DNA of 6,486 nt, from contig BAAFSQ010000438.1 of NCBI GenBank assembly GCA_054661495.1, forward strand, positions 1 through 6,486. Direction: 5' to 3'. The notes under the pieces were generated by a model. That model worked only from the letters and a program-made list of their open reading frames with translations, was not told the origin of the DNA and did no database searches. The translations under genes were made by a program, and so were the position numbers. The stretch comes from Zygophlyctis sp. KS116 (Eukaryota; Fungi; Chytridiomycota). How positions within the stretch are numbered: position 1 is the first letter of the stretch; the number at the start of each line of letters is the position of its first letter. This document shows positions 1 to 6,486 of the stretch, in pieces.

Positions 1-966
1 AGACGAGGCTTTACAAGTGCAAGAGCATTATAAGCTTTAGTCGGATTGGAGATTACTCCTTTGATTGACTGATCTATGTTGCCATATGCCCCATGACTAA
101 TCATGATTATTAGCAGAGGAATCATGAATTTCATTGAATGATTGCAAGAAAAATTGTGGAAAAATTGATTGGGAATATTAAAATTGCAACCGATAAACAT
201 GTCGGCAATCAGTAATTCTTCTCAAGGTTTAGTAGTTATTCTGTCTGAAAGGAATTTGACCAATTATTATTTGATGTGAGTAAAATCCAAAAGCGTATGG
301 CAGTACAGAACCCCGGCCACCTCGCAAGGCGCATGGGTCGTTGTATTCCTCTGCCAACGCTGTCATTGTGTACTTTCAGAAATCTAATTTTGAATATAAA
401 CTCACTTAGATATTTCTTCAACGTCAGATTCAAAAAAACATGTCGAAAGCAAGTTATGATCTTTATGAATGTTAATTGAATTGGAATTGAAAAATTGAAT
501 TTTTTATTAGAGTATTGCTTCAATATGTGCTTGGTGCCGATTTCTTGGTGAAGAATGGTCTGGCATTGAAAGCAAATTATTCCAGTGATATTTGTACTTT
601 GATGGATGAGTAAAATGAGTAAAATATCATTCCATTTATTAATATATTTGGGATATATTCCTAAGGGGTACGCACATCTTCAATAATTGAAAGAATACTC
701 GAGAATGGATGAGGATGGCTAAAACAAAATCATAAACACCTATCTTGTAAAAATTTGAAAAATGGTATCATTCGGTGCTCTATCCATACTACTACCGACC
801 GTCGATGATTGTTTCGAGGCCTGATATGTAGAATACTGGAAAAATTCATTCTGTTGCAATTGGAAATTGTATTTGATAAACAGATCGGCATTTAAAAAAT
901 TTATTCATGATCTTTTCAGTTTAGAAGAATTTAAGCAAACTTGCAGATATATTACACTATTTTCCA

Positions 967-1662
967 TTAATCTGTTATTTGCAGTGTTATACTAGAAAAT
1001 TTAAATTTTGAAAGATCAAACTCTTCCATACTTTTTAAAACTAGACAGCACTGTTCAGCCAATTTTGGGTCAACCTTTAAATTCTGATCTGGAATCCAAA
1101 CCACATTCATTCCTGCACTTAATGCAGCCTTTACACCTGAAGGTGCATCCTCAAACACGAGCACTTTTGACGATTCAAAGTTTGGATTAATCTTTTTTGC
1201 TGCCATAATAAAAATATCTGGAAATGGTTTTGATCTGACGCATTCTTCACCACAAGTCACTGAACTGAAATATTGAAAGAGATCTTGATTGTTTACAGTT
1301 TTTAGTAAAAATGGTTCCTTGTGTGAAGAAGTTGCAACTCCCATTGGAACGTTCAACTCTTTAAGCCTTTTCACAGTTTTTAGCACCCCTGGAAGTGGTC
1401 TACAATGCGGAAATTTCTCTTTATGTCCTTGATTCCTTTCTAATAAATATTCTTGTACTGTCATTGATAATCCCAATGTCTCTATCAAGATTTTAGCAGC
1501 ATCTTCTTCTTTTTGTCCCATCATTTCTTGTTTCAATGACCAATCAAATGTATATCCAAATCTTCCAATTATTTCTTGAGTAACTTCTGTATAAACTGAT
1601 TCTGTATCTAGTAATAGTCCATCCATATCGAATAAAACAAGATCAATCTCTTGATTTGACAT
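967..1662 (-). CDS. PUDP: HAD-superfamily hydrolase, HDHD1/GS1-like pseudouridine-5'-phosphatase (231 aa, no intron needed)
   Basis: All four HAD motifs are in order: I FDMDGLLLDTE, II VATSS, III KPFPDIF, IV VFEDAPSGVKAALSAGM. FDWSLKQEMMG and the C-terminal VVWIPD...LKSMEEF are typical of the HDHD1/PUDP subfamily. ATG at 1662, TAA at 969-967. Substrate is inferred from family resemblance. Confidence 0.88.
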   Translation of the reverse strand: MSNQEIDLVLFDMDGLLLDTESVYTEVTQEIIGRFGYTFDWSLKQEMMGQKEEDAAKILIETLGLSMTVQEYLLERNQGHKEKFPHCRPLPGVLKTVKRLKELNVPMGVATSSHKEPFLLKTVNNQDLFQYFSSVTCGEECVRSKPFPDIFIMAAKKINPNFESSKVLVFEDAPSGVKAALSAGMNVVWIPDQNLKVDPKLAEQCCLVLKSMEEFDLSKFKFSSITLQITD

Positions 1663-2013
1663 TTTAAAGGATTTTCAGAGGGCCAATCTGTATGGTTGGT
1701 TGAAGGTCAATTCTCGTACTACGCCATCCCGTAGTACATAACTGCGTTACGAGTTCTACCACTTTAGGCGCTGTTTGACCAAGAGAAAAGAGATGGGTCC
1801 GATACTATTGTCGAAATATTAGTACTTTTGATTTGAAAATTTCCCCGTGATTTAAGACGTGTGTGATGTGTCCGATTTAATTATTTAAAGATGGCAATAA
1901 TCATTTCTATTAAAACCATGCAGTACTGTAAAAATGGTAAAATGTAAATGTGCAATGATCATGATTCGAGCCTAGGCTGCTTGTAAATTAGAAATTTTTT
2001 TAGTGAAAATTCT
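1663..2013. promoter_or_regulatory. Short divergent (head-to-head) promoter region between the HAD and S41 genes
   Basis: 351 nt separate two oppositely oriented start codons. Contains CCAAT at 1683-1687 and GTCCGAT twice (1797, 1870). Regulatory role is inferred from position. Confidence 0.55.
1716..1737. repeat. Perfect 8-bp inverted repeat GTACTACG-N6-CGTAGTAC in the divergent intergenic region
   Basis: Read directly: 1716-1723 is the reverse complement of 1730-1737, spacer CCATCC. Function unknown. Confidence 0.75.
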
Positions 2014-4780
2014 ATGCAAATGAAAACAATCTTTTTCTTGATCGGAGCTGTAATAGCTGGTAAGCATGGTCTGTCTTTTCATCTACTGAAAGATGTGCGA
2101 TCAAACATTACATTTCTACCCTATACTCCTGAGCAAAGAGTCAGTGTAGCTCAAGGAGCTCAAGCGCTCTTTTCAGTAAGCGATCATTATGTTTAATAAT
2201 AGGTGTATGTGAACAGATTTGCTAAAATGGAATACTATAAATCAGAATTTCCTGATATTGATCCCATACCAAGAATGGATGCAATCGCTGCATTAGCTGC
2301 TAATATGTCTGATCAAGTGTTTCACAGGGAAATGTCTAATCTCTTCTTATCTTTAAGAGATATGCATACAAATTACTACCTTCCAGGTCCGCATGCATGT
2401 TTTTTTCCATCGCTACCAATGACTTTTGATTTTGTAAAGTCTATGAATTTGGAAAAATATCCTATACTTGCTATCAGTGGTTTTACTGGATTTCCAGAAT
2501 TATTGGAAAAATCTGGGGCAGATTTTGAAAAAATGAATCTAGGAGATATTCTGTTGAGAGTAAATGGACAAACGTTCAATCAATTCTATGAGAAAAATAA
2601 GTGGTTGGCTAATGGATCTAATAAATACGCTAATATGCGTGCTGTTGCTGGATTAATGACTTCTAGAGGTGGTTTGCTTCAGTTAATGCCAGAAGAGGAC
2701 GGAATGGAGTTTGAGTAATTTTGCGAAAACTTATTTTAGATTTTTTTCTAGAAACGATATGTTTCCATACAAGGTTCGTTTGAATTGGACTGCTATTCGT
2801 AACGATGAATGTTATCTTGAAACTATGACAGAGTATACAAAAATAACTGGAGATCCGATGCCCCATATACCTAAAGCATCACATTTAGTTAATACTAGAA
2901 TGATGAATGCTTTTAAACCGGTCAAAACTAATATTAAATCAAATTTGATGATGTCTATTCCGTTTCCTCACTTGAAAGAAACGATTTATCCAAAAAGTTT
3001 GGAAGCTATTGCTCAATATAATCCAACACAAGATTCAAGTATTTTTACGATATTTATAATATGTAGCTATATCATGGACTATCTATCAAAATGGCGATTT
3101 TGATTTGGGTATAATTCGCCTGAAAAGTTTTGGTATTATTAAATTTTAGTAATGATAGTTCCTGATAATCAGGATTCAAAGAATGCGGTTGAAATTATAA
3201 GAAATCTGCTAGTAAATCAGCTGTTGGAGACTGATGGGTTACTATTTGATGTCAGAAGTAATGGTGGTGGTCTCATTACAATGGCCGATGGAATTCCTCA
3301 GCTTTTTGGGAAGGAATTTGTGCAGCCAGGATTTAGAGCTTTGGTTTCCCCAACAAACAAAAAAATATTTTCAAACAGAAGATTTTGGCCTGAAGGCGAT
3401 GGGTATTTTTTCTTGGTTTAACAAGTAGATTCGTAATTGCTTATAATGAAACTCATGATGGAGATGTTTATACTCATCCAGTACAAATGGAATCTTCTGA
3501 GGAAGTGAATGGGCTGGGCACAGCGTATACTAAGCCGGTTGGTGTACTTACAAATGCTGAATGTACTTTAACTGAAAAATGATACAGTAGGTTATTCAGC
3601 TTGTGATTGTTTCTCTGCTAATATGCAAGATAGTGGTGTCGCTATTATTTTTGGTGAAGATGGGTATGAAAATTAGGGATTAATGACTAGAACAACTGGT
3701 GCCGGCGGTGCAAATGTGTTTGAATATAATTATTTGAAAGAAATGGACTCCGAAGACTTTCCTGCTCTTCCATTTAGCACATTGGAGCACGGGAGTGCTA
3801 ATTTCAGGGTTGGTTGGCGACAGCAAGTTAGGAATGGCATGAACGCTGGAAAAATAATTGAAGATTATGGAATTATATCTGATGTTATTACACGTCCACG
3901 TACTTTCGATATTATATCGGCAAAATCAAGCAATTCATCTAGTCAATTTGATCGAATTGCAACAGTTTTGCGAAATAAGGCCAAAAAAACTAAAAGAGAG
4001 CTTACCTTCTGTAAGTTTTATTTATCATGAAATATAGTTAAGTCTGAGCCCGTGTTCTTGGAGCAGGAATTAAACCAACATGTATCGTTCAACATTACAT
4101 TTTCAGGGCTTACGAAATTAGTGCTTCTCGATGAAAATAAAAATACTTTAAACGCTGTGGAATTGTATCCAAATCATATGGATCGATATCAAATTGTCCT
4201 CTCTAGTAAAGAAATGCAAAATAGTACTGGAATCAATTCCTTTATAATACAAGGATACCGAGATCGAGACTTGATAGTTCACACATATCGCTATGTTCGT
4301 TTCTTGCCTTCAAAGGCAGACTATTACGAACTTGGTGCATATAGCAACTTGAATTGGGATTTCACTCCTTCTCCATTTGCCGCCATATACAATGAAAATA
4401 CACCATCCGAGCTTGGTTGGAATGTCGACGATGCCTCTGGTGATCAAATGGTTATTGGAAATGGAATAGAATATGCCAATAATGTCCGTACTCAATTGTC
4501 TATATTTGTAAAAGCTAATCCGGATCTAGGCCGACCACCAATGCTCTCATTGGTTGCTGACTACGATACAGAATCTGGATGCGACTTTTTCCATGTTGGT
4601 TATAAAGCAGGGAATAATTCAGATATTATATTAGCTTTAGTCTCTGGAACAGGCTCTGTTAATCTCGAAGAATCCTTGTGGGAAATGGGTGAAACTACTG
4701 AAATATTCTTTGTGTTTATGTCTGATCCTGCTGTTACTGGCAAGGGTGTTAATATTACCAATCTAATGGTAGTTGGATAG
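2014..4780 (+). CDS. Secreted S41-family serine peptidase (CPAF-like/tail-specific type), 850 aa; join(2014..2175,2203..2714,2740..3038,3067..3132,3159..3402,3429..3562,3591..3663,3691..4010,4038..4780)
   Basis: Removing eight GT-AG introns (214 nt) gives one 2553-nt open frame. Motifs: hydrophobic N-terminus MKTIFFLIGAVIA; FHREMSNLFLSLRDMHTNY (His at 2365); PDZ-like GDILLRVNG; LGIIRLKSF; GLLFDVRSNGGG; KPVGVLTNAECYSACDCFSANMQD (Ser at 3596); GEDGTTGAGGANV; IIEDYGI (Glu at 3860). Splicing restores motifs across the junctions (EC|YSA, EDG|TTGAGG). The start could be 2014 or 2020. Confidence 0.92.
2176..2202 (+). other. Spliceosomal intron 1 of S41 gene (27 nt, phase 0)
   Basis: GTAAGC...TAATAATAG; contains in-frame TAA at 2194; joins QALFS|VYVNRF. 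Confidence 0.9.
2715..2739 (+). other. Spliceosomal intron 2 of S41 gene (25 nt, phase 2)
   Basis: GTAATT...TATTTTAG; joins GA|A to give MEFEFFSRN. An alternative in-frame AG at 2750-2751 (37 nt) fits the local length class less well. Confidence 0.85.
3039..3066 (+). other. Spliceosomal intron 3 of S41 gene (28 nt, phase 1)
   Basis: GTATTT...AATATGTAG; joins A|CT and opens exon TISWTIYQNGDFDLGIIRLKSF, which is absent from the ORF track. Confidence 0.88.
3133..3158 (+). other. Spliceosomal intron 4 of S41 gene (26 nt, phase 1)
   Basis: GTATTA...TAATGATAG; joins G|TT to give LKSFVPDNQD. Confidence 0.88.
3403..3428 (+). other. Spliceosomal intron 5 of S41 gene (26 nt, phase 2)
   Basis: GTATTT...TTAACAAGTAG; joins GG|A and opens exon FVIAYNETHDGDVYTHPVQ...AYTKPVGVLTNAE. 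Tandem AAG/TAG acceptor. Confidence 0.87.
3563..3590 (+). other. Spliceosomal intron 6 of S41 gene (28 nt, phase 1)
   Basis: GTACTT...GATACAGTAG; joins T|GT to rebuild the catalytic motif NAECYSACD. Tandem CAG/TAG acceptor. Confidence 0.87.
3664..3690 (+). other. Spliceosomal intron 7 of S41 gene (27 nt, phase 2)
   Basis: GTATGA...TAATGACTAG; in-frame TAG at 3674; joins GG|A to give GEDGTTGAGGANV. Confidence 0.9.
4011..4037 (+). other. Spliceosomal intron 8 of S41 gene (27 nt, phase 1)
   Basis: Consensus donor GTAAGT...AATATAG; in-frame TGA at 4028; joins T|TT to give ELTFFKSEPVF. Confidence 0.88.
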
Positions 4781-4940
4781 ATTAAAAATAGAAATAAATT
4801 TAGAATAGAAATCAATGATGCTGAATCTTTGGCTCGTTATAACTCAATATAAGCGGAGCTCGTGCTGATCAAAGTAAGTGAGAATGCAGATTTGCCGGAA
4901 ATCCAGCCACTTAGTTGCTTGATCTGATCAAAAATATTTC

Positions 4941-6172
4941 ATGATAGCTAGTGATATCATCTCCAGATACGGAGGAGAAATTAGTGGTGCATTTGGTGAC
5001 TTTGGCACATTGCTTCCAATTTTGGTGTCTCTCTCTATTACCGAACAAGTCAATCTGACATCTTCTCTGATATTTGGTGGGTTGTTTAATATTATTTCTG
5101 GTCTGTATTTCCAGATTCCTCTTCCCGTTCAGCCGATGAAGTCGATCGCTGCCATTGCACTGTTATCCAACTTGAAAAATACGGAGATTGCTTCTGCTGG
5201 ATTATCTGTAGCAATTGCATTGTCAGTTCTTGCATTAACTGGTGCAATTAAATTGTTTGTTAAGTACATACCATTGTATTTAATAAGGGGGATTCAACTT
5301 GGAACTGGAATGGCGCTGATTTTGAGGGGAATAGCATCTATAAACTCAAGTCACAGATGGAGTTTTTCTGACGCCAATGCTAAAGATAATTACTTGATTG
5401 CAATTATTTCGTTTTGCATAGTTATGGGATTTTGGAAATCTAGAATCACAGTTTCAGCATTATTGCTTTTTATTGCGGGTATGATCATTGCGTCCACGCA
5501 AGTTAATATGTCATTATTGACCATTGGGCCCAAATTCTGGATGCCATTTTGCCCATCTCCGTCTGAACTTTTTCATGGCTTTCTATCTGCTGGATTAGGA
5601 CAAATACCTCTTACAATCTCCAACTCTGTAATTGCAGTAGTTATTTTAGCACATGATTTGTTCCCAGACGCTGACTTTCAAAAGATAACTGTAACCAAGA
5701 TTTCTATATGGGTGGCATTCATGAATTTTGTTTCGGTTTGGTTTGGATCTATGCCATTTTGCTGTGGATCAGGAGGCCTAGCTGCTCAGTATCGATTTGG
5801 CTCGCGCACAAAATTCTCAGTTATCTTTTTAGGGGCTATTAAAATCGTTGCCGGGCTGGCATTTGGAAGCTCTATTGGTGTTCTATTTCAGAAAATACCT
5901 TCTTCGATCATCGGAGTACTATTAGTTGTTGCAGGTTTTCAAATTTCACTTATTACAATTGATTTTGGTAATTTCGACTCAAAGGAATCGAGCCAAGATG
6001 CATATTTATGGTATTTTTCATATATTTAAAGTCAAGTATGATAGCTACTGCTGTATCAATTGTTGGGTTTGCAAATGATGGTATTGGATTTATTATTGGT
6101 GTAGTGGTGGCAGTTTTCATACATTGGCCATTGTCTATTCCAAAGAAAGACCTCTTTGATTCTGGCTTTTAA
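4941..6172 (+). CDS. MOT1: MOT1-family molybdate transporter (SulP-related), 401 aa; join(4941..6010,6037..6172)
   Basis: Family motifs EISGAFGDFGTLLP, PLPVQPMKSIAAIA, IRGIQLGTG, GQIPLTISNSVIA, FGSMPFCCGSGGLAAQYRFG, P..IIGVLLVVAG, plus many hydrophobic segments. An upstream in-frame TGA at 4920 supports the start. Splicing adds the terminal CMIATAVSIVGFANDGIGFIIGVVVAVF...DSGF* (TAA 6170-6172). Confidence 0.92.
6011..6036 (+). other. Spliceosomal intron of MOT1 gene (26 nt, phase 2)
   Basis: GTATTT...TTAAAGTCAAG; in-frame TAA at 6027; joins TG|T and restores the last hydrophobic helices with the NDGIGF motif. Confidence 0.85.
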
Positions 6173-6366
6173 GCTTGTTTCTATAAATTTAGATTTACAT
6201 TTGTGGGATTATAATATTACACCATTTTCACCCAAAATTTCGTATCTTCTTACTAAATACGTTTTGCCTGGTAAAGGAATTGATCTACATACTGTTTTTG
6301 TCCAACCTTTGCATTTGCCTCTGAATAGCTAATAAAAAATAGACTGAGTATAGCTGTTTAATTATT

Positions 6367-6486
6367 TTATCCAGGATAAATAGCTTCTATAAATATAGAC
6401 CTGGGATGAGCAATAAATGGATCTACTTTGACTTTAGAACTCCAAGGATAAGATTTACCAAAGACAAAATGATCCAATAAAATCTT
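6367..6486 (-). CDS. Possible 3' part or internal exon of an unidentified minus-strand gene running off the window edge
   Basis: Open frame from the edge KILLDHFVFGKSYPWSSKVKVDPFIAHPRSIFIEAIYPG* with mostly A/T-ending codons. No family recognised and the exon structure is unresolved. Confidence 0.3.
   Translation of the reverse strand, partial: KILLDHFVFGKSYPWSSKVKVDPFIAHPRSIFIEAIYPG

Noticed and set aside
1-40. Possible 3' end of an upstream plus-strand gene (DEALQVQEHYKL* or RRGFTSARAL*)
   Set aside because: Too short to choose a frame or support a call.
236-523. 95-aa minus-strand ORF and overlapping 276..479 plus-strand ORF
   Set aside because: Non-ATG starts, no recognisable motifs and Phe/Ile/Lys-rich composition typical of chance AT-rich ORFs.
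606-625. Tandem repeat ATGAGTAAA x2
   Set aside because: Two copies of a 9-mer in AT-rich DNA; no array, CRISPR or element structure.
661-876. TAA/TAG=Gln recoding (ciliate or aphelid type), which would make part of frame 1 here read through
   Set aside because: The three solid genes use only CAA/CAG for Gln and end in TAA or TAG. Stop density here is what random AT-rich DNA gives. This also argues against Paramecium as the source of the tiny introns.
972-992. Possible 21-nt in-frame intron GTATAA...AACAG at the HAD C-terminus (minus strand)
   Set aside because: Below the local size class, stop-free and unnecessary for the reading frame.
1008-1190. 60-aa plus-strand ORF
   Set aside because: Antisense shadow within the HAD gene.
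1695-1775. tRNA or 5S rRNA gene (minus strand has an A-box-like AGTGGTAGA)
   Set aside because: No T-loop GTTCRA, no cloverleaf acceptor stem and no 5S internal motifs.
2060-2092. Candidate in-frame intron GTAAGC...GAAAG (33 nt) after the signal peptide
   Set aside because: Outside the 25-28 nt class, stop-free and not needed for the frame. The encoded HLLKD resembles an N-terminal LLKD motif I recall from chytrid S41 proteins (unverified). RNA-seq would settle it.
2014-4780. Reading the six plus-strand ORF fragments as a frameshifted pseudogene or as several separate genes
   Set aside because: Every break is bracketed by GTA...TAG at 25-28 nt, and removal restores one frame and the catalytic motifs exactly.
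2376-4815. Short ORFs 2376..2579(-), 2663..2866(-), 3234..3428(+), 4310..4495(-), 4600..4815(-)
   Set aside because: Antisense or alternate-frame shadows of S41 exons with no independent motifs.
967-6172. Functional gene cluster linking the phosphatase, protease and molybdate transporter
   Set aside because: No shared pathway is evident. Close spacing is explained by genome compaction, and only conserved synteny or co-expression could support it.

Overview
AT-rich, gene-dense eukaryotic DNA in the standard genetic code (TAA/TAG used as stops), most consistent with an early-diverging fungus such as a chytrid (inference). The fragmented ORF track is explained by nine very small GTA...AG spliceosomal introns of 25-28 nt. 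Three complete genes can be reconstructed: (1) an intronless HAD-superfamily pseudouridine-5'-phosphatase (HDHD1/PUDP-like, minus strand, 967-1662); (2) a 9-exon, 850-aa secreted S41-family serine peptidase of the CPAF/bacterial tail-specific type (2014-4780) with an intact predicted His/Ser/Glu triad, a PDZ-like segment and a C-terminal bacterial-type beta-sandwich domain; (3) a 2-exon, 401-aa MOT1-family molybdate transporter (4941-6172) with His->Cys and Glu->Gln changes in signature motifs. The window ends (1-950 and 6180-6486) have coding-like patches that I could not resolve. The most notable signals are the tightly length-constrained micro-introns, a tandem acceptor next to the protease nucleophile, the bacterial-type intron-rich protease and the altered MOT1 motifs.
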